Below are positions 39,890 to 52,873 of a stretch of DNA of 64,000 bases, one piece after another (positions within the stretch are counted from its first letter, which is position 1; each line of letters starts with the position of its first letter). Source of the stretch: Octopus vulgaris. Lineage: Eukaryota. The translations under genes and the position numbers were made by a program. The stretch spans positions 29,388,001 to 29,452,000 of the forward strand of contig OX597835.1 in assembly GCA_951406725.2 (NCBI GenBank), given 5' to 3'. The notes beneath the pieces were generated by a model, which saw only the letters and a list, made by a program, of their open reading frames with translations, was not told the origin of the DNA and did no database searches.

Positions 39890-40195
39890 TTCTTTTATTC
39901 ATTTACTTGTTTCAGTCATTTGACTTTGGCTATGCTAGAGCACTGCCTTGATACGTTTTAGTCGAACGAATCAACCCCAAGATTTTTCTAAAATTTCTAG
40001 TATTTATTCTAACGGCTTTTTTTGTCAAACCGCTAAGTTACTGGGACGTAAGCACATCATCACCGATTTTCAAGCAGTAATGGGAGGACAAACACAGGCA
40101 CAAAGACACACACACATAGATATGCACATATATACGACAGGCTTCTTTCTGTTTCCATCTACCAAATCCGCTCACAAGGGTTTAGTCGGTCATAT
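39890..40195 (-). mobile_element. SINE family A, decayed
   Basis: Consensus match to the 3' two-thirds. Confidence 0.75.
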
Positions 40196-40201
40196 TCCAT
40201 A

Positions 40202-40567
40202 TCTCTCTATATATAAACGGCAAAATGTCTGTGTGTGTGTGTCCTTTATACAAATCCACAATTTTTCAGTTAGAGGGCTCGCACTTTCTATGGTCATTCA
40301 AAACCATCCAAGGCTGGTCGTGCATTTCTTTACATTTCTCCAGTTACCTCGCAAAGCTTTTTAAAAAATCAATAGAAGTGACTTTTTGTGAATCTTCTAT
40401 CTCAAACCCAATCAAAATGCCCGAAACTTGATACGCCAATTGAATGCCAGCTAGCTGTATGTGATTGGTCGGAGATTTGGACAGTACTCGCGTGTATGTG
40501 CGCACGCACGCAGCTGTATATGCATGCACTATTACTATGACCTGGCAACGCCGAGTCATAGTGCTAG
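40202..40567 (+). mobile_element. Non-autonomous Helitron
   Basis: A|TC 5' end, subterminal hairpin TGACCTGGC-AAC-GCCGAGTCA, CTAG|T 3' end, no TSD. Confidence 0.8.
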
Positions 40568-41579
40568 TATATTTTTAAACGTATATTCAACATTATTCGT
40601 CAGGGAATTATAAAATGGTGTCTTGATCTAATGGACGACTATGTGATATATGCACTAGTTAGTAAGGATAGCAATTAACGATTAGGGTATTCGGAACCTC
40701 AGGGGTGTGATGGACTGTTATCAATCAATAATTATTATATCAATCAATAAAGTTATTACTTTATGTATAAAATTTAGCTTGCGTAAGACAATCGGTTTTT
40801 AAGTATTTCAGCAGCTCTCCAGGATTTTCTTGTTTGCGAAAATGGTTACGCTGGCATAATCCTGGGAGAATATTTTCACGTGAATTAAGCACCCTATTAA
40901 TTTATATCGGAAAAATGGCGTCATAAAACAGTCACCCAGTACTTTACAGCCTAACATTGATGTGATTCAGTTATAGAAGCTTTCAATCTGCGAACCATTG
41001 TTTTGTTTTATCCGTTCCAGATGCAAATATTCTCTTTGGTGTTTTATCCAGAATTGACGTTTTCAACAAGGAACTTTCTTCTATAATTTTAGTTAATTTC
41101 GGCAAAAATTTCTCCTCACATGATCCCATTTTGTCGTACAATTTCATATTCTGTAGAAAGCTTTCCAAACATTCTTCTCTTCTCGAAAAAAAAAAAATCT
41201 AAGTTTCAATTGTAATCAATAGATAATGAACAATTTGCCGTGTCGATTGTTTTTTAGACTTTTTCTTTCTTTTCTTTTTTCTTTTTGATATATAGCAAAG
41301 ATGTGCATCCGTTCGGTTTTATTTTCTATGAAAAATAGCAGAATTTTTCCATTGTTTCCTCCATATACTCACGCATGCATATTATGGGTTTTGAATATTT
41401 TAAAGATCCAACGTTTAAAATGATTTCTTCTCCCTTTCTTTTAATTTAAATAATAAGTGTTTACTTTAAACTGTTTCAAAATTTTTATCAAACCCTGAAG
41501 GTGATTTCAGATTTAATTTTTATTTCCGGAATAACAGAATTGAATGTAAACAAAAAGGCTAGTGTGTGTGTCTGCGTGA

Positions 41580-41615
<36 letters not shown>

Positions 41616-41697
41616 ATGAGTGTGTGTGTGTTTGTGTGTAATGTATATCTTTATAAAGTGCATATATATCGTATAAATATGCATTGTATTTATACAA

Positions 41698-41728
<31 letters not shown>

Positions 41729-41760
41729 TATATATATATACACATATGTATATATATGTA

Positions 41761-42052
41761 TATATATTAGAATAAATAGGGTACTCAGAAATCTGGATAG
41801 TTTTATATTTACAGATATTTTATTAATGTCTCATGCTTTTATAAATCATATATTAACGCTTGCATCTACTCCAGTAGAATCTCCAGATTCAAATATGGAG
41901 ATTCTACAAGAGTAGATGCAAGCGCTAATGTATGAGTTATAAAAACATGTGACATATTAATAAAAATCTGTAAATATAAAACCATCCAGATTTCTGAGGT
42001 ACCTTATTTCTTCTAATATATAATACCTGTACATCACCTCCAAACCTTCTCA
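41761..42052. repeat. ~260-bp fold-back palindrome plus short tail, within (TA)n
   Basis: ~125-bp imperfect arms around loop 41886-41895 (CTCAGAAATCTGGAT / ATCCAGATTTCTGAG etc.). Confidence 0.9.
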
Positions 42053-42118
<66 letters not shown>

Positions 42119-42142
42119 TATATAGATATATATATACATATG

Positions 42143-42176
<34 letters not shown>

Positions 42177-42180
42177 TATA

Positions 42181-42212
<32 letters not shown>

Positions 42213-42361
42213 GGATGAATGAATTATCCTTTGTTTACCGTTAACATGGAAAATTCAATAAACAGTTACCAGGGTAGCAAAATTCACGCAAGTAACAAGG
42301 ATGTAGCGACCTATTCAACGGTAGAAACTCCGGGTTAATGTGCAGTAATTTGTATAGTATA

Positions 42362-42550
<189 letters not shown>

Positions 42551-42571
42551 CATATATACATACATATTCTT

Positions 42572-42752
42572 GTATTTGTTTCAGTCATTTGACTGCGGCC
42601 ATGCTGGAGCACCGCCTTTTCTCGAGCAAATAGACCCCAGGACTTATTCTTTGTATGCCTAGTACTTATTCTATCGGTCTCTTATGTCGAACCACTATGT
42701 TACGGAGACGTAAAAACAGCAGCCTCGATTGTCAAGCTATGTTGGTCGGGGA

Positions 42753-42834
<82 letters not shown>

Positions 42835-42995
42835 CATGCGACAGGCTTCTTTCAGTTTCGTCTACCAAATCCAAGGCTTTAGTCGGCTCGAGGCTATAGC
42901 AGAAGGCACTTGCCCAAGGTTTCACGCAGTGGGACTGAACCCGGAACCATGTTGTTGGGAAGCAAGTTACTTACTATACAGCCGCTTCTGCGCCT
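42572..42995 (-). mobile_element. SINE family A, full length
   Basis: Consensus match. Confidence 0.9.
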
Positions 42996-43011
42996 AATAA
43001 TATATATTTTG

Positions 43012-43061
<50 letters not shown>

Positions 43062-43114
43062 ACTATCTATCTATCTATCTATCAATCAATCTATCTATCT
43101 ATCTATCTATCTAG

Positions 43115-43139
<25 letters not shown>

Positions 43140-43162
<23 letters not shown>

Positions 43163-44460
43163 ATACACACATACATGCATGCACGCGCGCACACATACAT
43201 ACATACACGCACACACACTTACATACATACACACATACATACATACACACATACAAACACACATACATACCTACACACATACACACATACACACACACAT
43301 ACACACACACACACATACATACACAAGACATGCATACATACATACATACACACACACACATACACACATACACACATGCACACAACATACATACATACAC
43401 ACACATACATACCTACATACATACATACACACACACACACTTCCACACATACACACATACATACACACATACACACACACATACATACATACATACACAC
43501 ATACATACACGCACACACATACACACATACACATACACATATACATACACATATACTTACATACACTCATACGGACATACATACACACAGACATACACAC
43601 ATACACACTCACACATACATACGTACATACACACACACATACCTACATACACACTCACATGCACACGCAGACACATGCATGCGCGCGCGCACGCACACAT
43701 ACACACATGCATGCACGCATGCCTGTGGGGTCTGGCTTTATTTCGGGCGTACGTCTGGGCGCGTGCGTGTGTGCCTGGGGATTCGCATGCGCCCTCCACC
43801 GCAAGAGTCTTTTCCATCAGTCTTTCAGTTGCGAAGTGTGTCCTTGCATGCATATATATACACACATATAAACATATAAACAGACATATAAACCCCTACA
43901 TTTGTACACACACGCACATACATACATACATTCACTCCCACGCACGTACATTTACATATATATACAATACACGCACACACACATACACACGTACAAACAC
44001 ACACTAATTCACATACACACCGACACATATACATACACACAACATATACCTCCACCACAACTACACGCACATACAGACACACGCACATGCACACACACAC
44101 ACAAATGAACCCACACATACATCCCATACGGAACACAACCATACATACACGCACACACATACATACACGCACGCAATTATACATATACGCACGTACAAGC
44201 ACACACGCACACATACACTTAGTTAAGCACAGTTACCCGCCATACACACAAAAAACGCACACGTACACACACACATACTACAACAAAACACACACACGAT
44301 ACATATACACGCACACACACATACCTCCCTGTTTCTGACCTGCCTTTCTGACTTGCTAGGGTACCCCCACAACACTCCTTTAATTCTACTACTGCCTGCT
44401 ACTAACCATTGTCCACCATACACACACATACACACACACGCACACACTCACACACACACC
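43140..44460. repeat. Long degenerate (CA)/(CATA) low-complexity tract
   Basis: Direct reading. Confidence 0.9.
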
Positions 44461-44559
44461 CTTGTCATCTCGCACACTTTTTTTACCATTCCTTCTTTGA
44501 TTCAGCTCTCCTGTTTTTAAAAACATTTTCCTCCTTTTTTACCACTTCCGTCTTTTTAG

Positions 44560-44765
44560 TATGTGACCTCGTGAAGACTACCTGCAATTTTTTTTCCTCT
44601 GTCCTCCCGTCTCGGGATCTTTCTTTCTCCTATGTTTCCGACGAAGAGCTCCGCTCGAAACGTCATACCCTCCTTCTTCCGTTCTTTCCTGAGCGTCCAA
44701 TAATACTTTATTTGTTCCACATCCTCGCGTTGTTGTCTTTTTGTTTTCTTGTTTGGATTAACTTT
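44560..44765 (+). mobile_element. PLE-like terminal repeat P1 with minimal hammerhead (44634-44668)
   Basis: GTTT-CCGACGA-A-GAGC-TCC-GCTC-GAAA-CG-TC-ATAC, GUC site. Confidence 0.7.
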
Positions 44766-44772
44766 ATATATT

Positions 44773-44830
<58 letters not shown>

Positions 44831-44837
44831 ATACATA

Positions 44838-44872
<35 letters not shown>

Positions 44873-45082
44873 AATATTTACGTATGTATGTATTATGTAT
44901 GTATTTATGTATGTATGTATATATATATGTATGTATATATGTATGTGTGTATGTATGCATACCCATGTATATCCACATATACATATGTTTGCATACATCA
45001 TGCATATACACCCTCATTAAGAATATACATTTGCGGTAATATATATACGCCTGCATACATGCACACACACACACACACAGAC

Positions 45083-45118
<36 letters not shown>

Positions 45119-47127
45119 TACTTGGTATATTGTTTTCCCATTCATATTAATGGAATATATCTATGCCATGGTACACATCTGTTTTAAACCGGGTGTTGTA
45201 TTCAACGATGATAAAGCACCCGAAATGACATGATGCCAATCTCAGCCGTTATCTCACCTTCTCCCCCTCCCACCTACCCTACCACATTCCTTCCCTCCTT
45301 TCTTCCTTCCTTCTTCTCTTCTGACCTCTTTCCTTTCTTCCTCCTTCACCGCCAGTCTCAACTTATTTGTCTTTTCTCTCCTTCCTTTCCTATATATTTC
45401 CTTCGCTCATTCCTTAGTTTCTTTCGTAGTTTCTTTCTTCTCCGGCTACCCCTTTCGTTACTTCATTCATTCAATCGCTTCTTTCTTTATTTCTTCCTTC
45501 TGTCATTCCTTTTCTTTTATTACTTTCTTTCGTACATATTCGCTTCTTCCCCTGTTTCTTTCCATTTTTTTCCTGTCTTCATTTCCTTCCTCTTCCTCTT
45601 TCTTCCTTCTTTCACTTCTGTTTCTTTCCTTCTCTCTTGTTTCTTTCATTCCTTCTTCCTTTCTTCGTATGTTTTCTCTTTTCTTATTTCTTTCTCTCTT
45701 TCCTTCTATTCTTCCTTCTTTTCTATCTTTTTTCACTTCCTTATTTCTTTCCTTCTTTCCTACTTTCTTTCTATCTTTCCTCCTTCCTTTCTTCTTTTTC
45801 CTTCCTTCCGTCCTTCCTTCTACGTGGGAGTGAAGGTGGATGTGGAAAGACAGTAAAAAATATTTACAATCTTTTTTCTTAACATTTATTTGTTTATATA
45901 TTTTTGTTGTTTTTTCATGTTTTGTGAGTATATTTATTTATTTATTTATTTATTCGACGCCATATTATTTTTAAAAGAATCTAACACAAACAGACTTCGT
46001 TCCCAGCATCGCCACCATCACCTCCATAACTACTATACGAAGCTCACAACCACCTCTGCTCCATCGCCATCTACCACCACATCTGTTCCCAGCATTGCCA
46101 CTACCACCGCAACAACAAAAACAACAACCACAGTAACAACCAACGTCATCATCATCATCATCAGCGCTGCTTCGGCCACTCCCAACCCCCGCTCCCGCTC
46201 TCACCGTCGCCACCACCACCACAACCAAAACTACCATCATAACCACCAGTACTACAACCGCCACCACTACCACCACCACCAACAACAACAACAGCAACAA
46301 CGACAACAACGACAGTTCTTCATCCACAACATCCACCTCCATTAAAGCCCTCTTCCCCCCTCCGCCGCCAAAACCACCACAACCATCACCGCCACTACCA
46401 CAACCACCACCATCTTAGCCACCACCTCCATAACCACCACTCCCACCATCATCCGCTCTCACCTCTACTACACCACGACCACCACTATCATCATCATCAC
46501 CACCACCATCATCATTGCCGTTCATCAACTTTCCAATCTACCACCACCACCACCACCACCACCACCGTCACCACCTCCTCATCCTCCACCTTTACCCTCC
46601 ACTACATCATCATTATCATCACCACCACTCCCGCCGCCGCCGCCGCTACTACCATTCATCACCTCTACTGTTTACCATCACAAATACCACCGCCACCACC
46701 ACCACCACCAACACGTACACTTTCGCCGCCACCATTTATCAGCATCCTCACTAATACAACAACAATAACAACAACAACAACAACAAGAGAAAACCTAACG
46801 CGTAACGCCCATAGCCCCCATCATCACCACCACCACCACCACCATCACTGCCGCTGCTGTCGCCACTGTCTTCATATCCACTACAGTGTTACCCTCCGCC
46901 ACGGCTACTACGACTATGCATCGTCATAGCCACACAAAAACAAAAAAAATACATCTCTGCTATTACCCCCATCATCAGCATTAGCATCAGCATCATCATC
47001 ATCGATTTCCCCACCACTATTGCCCCCCACCACCAACAACAGCATCACCAATATCAACACCATTACCACCACCACCATCGCTTCCATCATCTCCGACACC
47101 ACTAGCGGTATCTATAACATCCCCACA

Positions 47128-47467
47128 AGCACGGCTCTGTGGTAAGGAGTTTGCCTTTCAACCACATAGCATAAGGTTCAATCCCACTGCGTGGCATCAT
47201 AGGCAAGTGTTTTCTATTATTGCCCGGGGCCGACCAAAGTCTTGTTAGTGAATCTAGTTGACAGAAACTGAAAGAAGCTCGTAGTATATACATATGTATA
47301 TAGGCGCAGGAGTGGCTGTGTGGTAAGTAGCTTGCTTACCAACCACATGGTTCCGGGTTCAGTCCCACTGCGTGGCTTCTTGGGCAAGTGTCTTCTGCTA
47401 TAGCCTCGGGCCGACCAATGCCTTTTGAGTGGATTTGGTAGACAGAAACTGAAAGAAGCCTGTCGTA

Positions 47468-47498
<31 letters not shown>

Positions 47499-48030
47499 TT
47501 ATGTGTGTGTATATGTTTGTGTGTCTGTGTTTGTCCCCCTAGCATTGCTTGACAACCGATGCTGGTGTGTTTACGTCCCCGTCACTTAGCAGTTCGGCAA
47601 AAGAAACCGATAGAATAAGTACTGGGCTTACAAAGAATAAGTCCCGGGGTCGATTTGCTCGACTAAAAGCGGTGCTCCAGCATGGCCGCAGTCAAATGAC
47701 TGAAACAAGTAAAAGAGTAAAAGAGAGTATGTGTGTGTGTGGGGAAATGAGTGAGTGTCTGTGTATGTGTGTCTATCTTTATGTGTATGCGCTTCTTTGT
47801 GTTTGTCCCCAACCACAATTTGACAACCAGCGTTGGTTTGTTTACGTCACGTGCCATAGGGGTTCGGCAAAAAGAGACCGATGGAATAAAGACCAGGCTT
47901 TGAAAATATCAATGAGTAATGTGATCGACTTATTCGTTTAAGCGCCCGAAGGGTTTAGCTGAACAAGCTGCTCACACCGCCTTCAATGTGGTGCCCCAAC
48001 ATGGGCGCAATCTAATGACTTATTAAGTAC
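47128..48030 (+). mobile_element. Young SINE A (47303-47728) nested in an older SINE A (5' half 47128-47285, 3' half 47800-48030)
   Basis: Complementary halves of a diverged copy flank an intact copy inserted at the internal microsatellite. Confidence 0.8.
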
Positions 48031-48499
48031 AAAGCTAATGCCACCAATACCAACAACAAAAGCAGTAGGTACAACAACGACAACAACACAAACAATACCA
48101 ACGCTGGCACCAACGAAAACCATCATCATTCCGCCACCACAAATACCACCTTTCCTACCATTACCAACATCAATATCACCAACGCCATCACCACGACCAC
48201 CACGACGACGACAACCACCACCACCACCACCACCACCACCAACACAACTAGCACCAACAATGCCATCGCCACTTTTCCCACTATTGCTAATACAACCAAC
48301 ACCATCACTCTCACAAACGCCGCCATCTTCGCCATTATCATCACCAAACCACTTACACCACCGCCGCCGCCGCCGCTAACTACAACACCGTCGCCAGTTA
48401 AACCGGTAACGCCACCAACACAACCCTCGGTGCCACCTCCACCATTACGAACACTGCCGTCAGCACTAACAACCTCACCGCCACCAACACTACCAACAT

Positions 48500-50055
48500 C
48501 ACCCCTTCGCTCACGCATTGCATTAAGCAGATGTCGCGCAGTCAAACGCCATCTTCCGAGGAAGCAAAGCTTCCTTTTCCTGATCAAAGGAACTACTAGA
48601 TATGGCAGCAAAATGACTCTAAATATTATACCCTAACGTCTATCCAGAGAATTCTGCTTTTTGCAATCACAAACACTTTATTTCCTTTGAAGATCCTTAT
48701 AAGATTTTATATCGTCATCCTAGATCAGAATACTTACATCAAATTGATTTCTGGGAACGTCTCAACCTTTAGTTCAATTGGGTAACTAGAACGCCATCTT
48801 GGACGCACATATAGATTGTGTTATTAACACAATGTGTCAAAATGAGAAGAGCCTTCCACAGTATTAATTGTGATACTGAGCATGCCATAAAATCAAAACC
48901 TAGCGTGTGCATTCCTCAAATCAAAAATCACCCAAAAAGTTTCCTTGTGCAAGAACGAGAATATGAAAAAAGTTGTGACGAGACGTGCAGATCACAAATT
49001 TGTGATCTGTGTAGCTGACGATTTTGAAAAGTCGATAGCTTACGCTTTCCTTTTCTGCTTGATTACTCTATCTAGGTACGACCTAGATGGCCTGATACAG
49101 TTCCTCCATGTCTAAATTTTCAGATTCGAGATATCCAGTCGGTACCTATCAAACAGTTGAAAACGTCTGAGTAAGTTTGCGAGAGCATGCACAAACCCGT
49201 CTTCTAACAGCTAAACCCTACACAATCTAAACGTGCGTCCAAGATGGACTAAAGATTGAGACGTTACCAGAAAATACTCCAAAAGTTTGTAGAAATCCGA
49301 CTATACTGCTCCTGACAGAGCATAAACAGCCAGCGGTCTGAAAGCACACTGCTCAGTAGTATTCACATCCAGGACCACCAATTTTTCCTCTGGGACGAAG
49401 AGGATGGAACTTATCTTGAGATCCAGGCCTTTTCGGACCAACACCGTAGTTCCACTCCCCATTCCCGTTTAGCATGGAGATAAGTATACCTTATATCTAC
49501 CGAAAATGAGCATTAAAGCTTGTCGACTGAAAATTCTGGTGTCGCTGGTAACCACGACAGCTATATTTAATGACCGGAGGTCATTGAGAAGGTGGCCTTG
49601 TTTCCACGGTGACCCCAGGACAGATGCATATATACTGTCTATTCTGAGCAAGGCTATGTTTGTGGGAGAAAAAAGAGAATCACTATATCTATAGAGACTC
49701 AGGTGTTCTGTCTTTTTGACTTTTTGTGGTACCTCTACAAGCATTTCTTTGTAGAATCTTTTGTTTATGGCTCTATGGAAATCTCTCATTATTTAGGGAT
49801 ATTTTTCTTTCAGTTCGTTAAATTTGTTGCATTGTTCTTTATAATTTTTATGTGAATAGGGATATAGTGGCGTTCGATATAGAGTTTGTGTATTTTTAAA
49901 TATGTTTTATTTAATTTTGTTGTTTGTGTCTATGGCCGGTTAACTGATGATGCATTGGGAGTGCTGTTCTTGTAATGCTGCTTTCGTTTGGTGAGGTGCT
50001 TGTAATGTTGGTGGTGTTCGTAGTGTTGGATATGCTTGTAATTGTGCTACTAGTG

Positions 50056-50088
<33 letters not shown>

Positions 50089-51620
50089 TGGTTTGTTGGT
50101 TTCCGTGTCTCGTCTTCTAACGTCCTCGGTTTCAGTTTGGTACTCTCTTTACTCTTTACTCGTTTATTCTTTTACTTGTTTCAGTCATTTGACTGCGGCC
50201 ATGCTGGAGCACCGCCTTATTTTTTGTAAGCCCAGTACTTATTCTATAGGTCTCTTTTGCCGAACCGCTAAGTGACGGGGACGTAAACACACCAGCATCG
50301 GTCGTCAAGCAATGCTAGGGGGACAAACACAGACACACAAACATATACACACACATACATATATACATATACATATATACGACAGGCTTCTTTCAGTTTC
50401 CGTCTACCAAATCCACTCACAAGGCATTGGTCGGTCCGGGGCTACAGCAGAAGACACTTGCCCAAGATGCCACGCAATGGGGTTGAACCCGGAACCATGT
50501 GGTTAGTAAGCAAGCTACTTACCACACTGCCACTCCTCATTTTGTAAGTTTTTTTTTCTTTTTTCTTCAACCAGGATCCATTCTCATGGTTTTTTCCCAA
50601 GCTATTTTCTTTCTTATACGAGTTTTCACAGTCGAGGAAATCTGTAGCCGGTGGGGGAGAGGTATATCTGCATAGTCGCGTATATTCAAGCAGTGGTCTG
50701 GTCGACTGGTGTGGATGAGGCTTCTCTCGGTTGCAGTGATCTTATAGTTTCCTTGATTGTGTTACGGGTGCTTACTGTTAATATTCTTGAACAGATCTCT
50801 CTTGCTGGGCCTTCTGTTGATGCTGTTGCTTTGCATGCTGCAGCTCTTAGCACTGATGCTGTTAGCTTTGTTGCTGCTGTTGATGGTGGAGGTGCTGTTG
50901 CTATTTATGTTGGTGTTGTTTTGTTAGATGTACCTACAGCAGAAAAGATTTTCCTTTTATTTGCATGGGACAGAAAGCGTTTAAGGGGTTTGTCTCTCCA
51001 CGAATGTGACATCTAGGTTTTCTGCCCTCGACTATAACGGATAGCTATGTACCATTAATAAAATTGAGCAAATCAGGGATAGCTTCGATACACCAGGTCG
51101 GCGTGTATCAACAGTTCCGTTCTTGTGTGTGACTAATTTTCTTTTCTCGTTTTGAGCACTTTGAGACGTATTATATGGCACATTCTCTGTGCCATATAAT
51201 AAATCTGCCACCATCTAAAAGTTCTGCACATCAAGTAGTACTTCTCTTACCTTTATTTTAAGCATTCTTCAAACCAAGGTGTAATGGAGTTTGCTAGAAT
51301 TCTTCACTTTTGTGGATTGTTGCATTATCTGTGGTTAATTCTTCAGCTGGGAATTTCACCCTAACTGTGCTAAAGTATATCCCACGAATGTTATGGATTT
51401 TTATCTCCCATACGGTTCTTAAGCAGTTTTGGTTCTGGATCTTCGTCGCTCGCCCGAGTGTTCTCTCTCTTTTTTTTTTGTTGTTGAAATACATTTATAT
51501 ATAATAGTTTTTTCACTAGTTTTCTTAATATTTTCTTGTGTTCCCTCTGGCGTGTTTACAACTACTACTTTATCATTCTTTGTTACATGCACTTTGAAGC
51601 CACTTAAAGTTTTTTGGTAA
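48500..51620 (-). mobile_element. Decayed Tx1/L1-clade retrotransposon (ORF1 + APE endonuclease)
   Basis: VEGRKPRCH knuckle remnant (~51020); RIDSIYASVLGSPWKQGHLLNDLRSLNIAVVVTSDTR; SRSYLDRV; SYTDHKFV. Confidence 0.8.
50142..50538 (-). mobile_element. SINE family A inserted in the Tx1 element
   Basis: Consensus match. Confidence 0.9.
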
Positions 51621-52184
51621 CATGTTAACTTTCACCATTCAAACGAAACCCTTGTAGGAAACCGTTACCATTTTGTTTAGAAATAAGAACGGCCGCTGTT
51701 TTCGTTGTAGTAATCTTTGTGTTGGTGGTGGCGGTAGTAGTATTCATGATGGTGGAGTTTGCACTAGTTACATTTTTAATTTATTCTTCACATCACAGTT
51801 GTTGTTTTTGTTATTGTTGTCCATGATTTGTCGTCAAACCATATGTATTAATGTTGGGAAAATAATGTCATAATGGCTATTCCAACAGCTATCACATCAC
51901 TCGATTTCGGAAGCCATGTTATTACTTTGTTTTGAAATATTAAAGTTTAAATTTCAAATCTCAAAGGACGAATTTTTTGCCAAACCACCTCACTGTAAGC
52001 AATACAAGTTGGCCTATTTAGCACACGGGCCAGTAAAAAGCTGAATCTCAAATAAAAAGAAAAACAACAGATTCCAAAGAAACCTTACAAGCAAACACAA
52101 ATAATGATAACCACCACCGCTGCCACCACCAACAACAACAGCAACAACAACAATAATGATGACGATAATCCTTTCTACTAAAAC

Positions 52185-52292
52185 ATAGAATTGTGTGTGG
52201 GGGGGGACTAGACGATTGCATCAACTCTGGTGTTTCAATGGTACTTAATTTATCGACTCCGAAAGGGATGGAAGGCAAAGTCAACCCCAGCG
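52185..52292 (-). mobile_element. SINE family B 3' fragment
   Basis: GGTACTTAATTTATCGAC...AAAGGGATGGAAGGCAAAGTC. Confidence 0.7.
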
Positions 52293-52294
52293 GA

Positions 52295-52786
52295 TTTTCC
52301 AGTCAACACCGACAGAACGATCCAGGCTAATCGACCAGACATAGTCATTAAAGACAGGGAAGAGAATACTTGTAGACTTATAGATGTAAGTGTTCCCACT
52401 GATAAAAATATATCAGTCAAGGAATTTGACAAACTAAGCAAATATAAGACTTGGAAATTGAAATACAAAAGATGTAGCATCTTAAAACGAGAACTGCTCC
52501 TGTTATTGTAGGCATGATAAAAAAGGGATGTCAGAAACATCTAGATAAGACCCCAGGAGAAAAATGTCTCAGAGAAATCCAAAAGATTGTACAGACAAGT
52601 ACTACCCACTCCTTAGAAAAACCTTATCCATTTAAATGTTTGCGTTGTATTACACGAAGATATTTCACTACTTCACATCCCCAAGCTTTCAGTCATTCTG
52701 TAACATCCCTTATCCTTCACTCGCCCCAAGACACTGAATGTGACTCGGGAAGTGACTGTAACAAACATGCAGATTAAAAGTAAAAC

Positions 52787-52790
<4 letters not shown>
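52295..52790 (+). mobile_element. R4/Dong-clade LINE 3' end (restriction-like endonuclease)
   Basis: DFPVNTDRTIQANRPDIVIKD...LIDVSVP..KEFDKLSKY; ends in (AAT)n. Confidence 0.88.
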
Positions 52791-52872
<82 letters not shown>

Positions 52873-52873
<1 letters not shown>

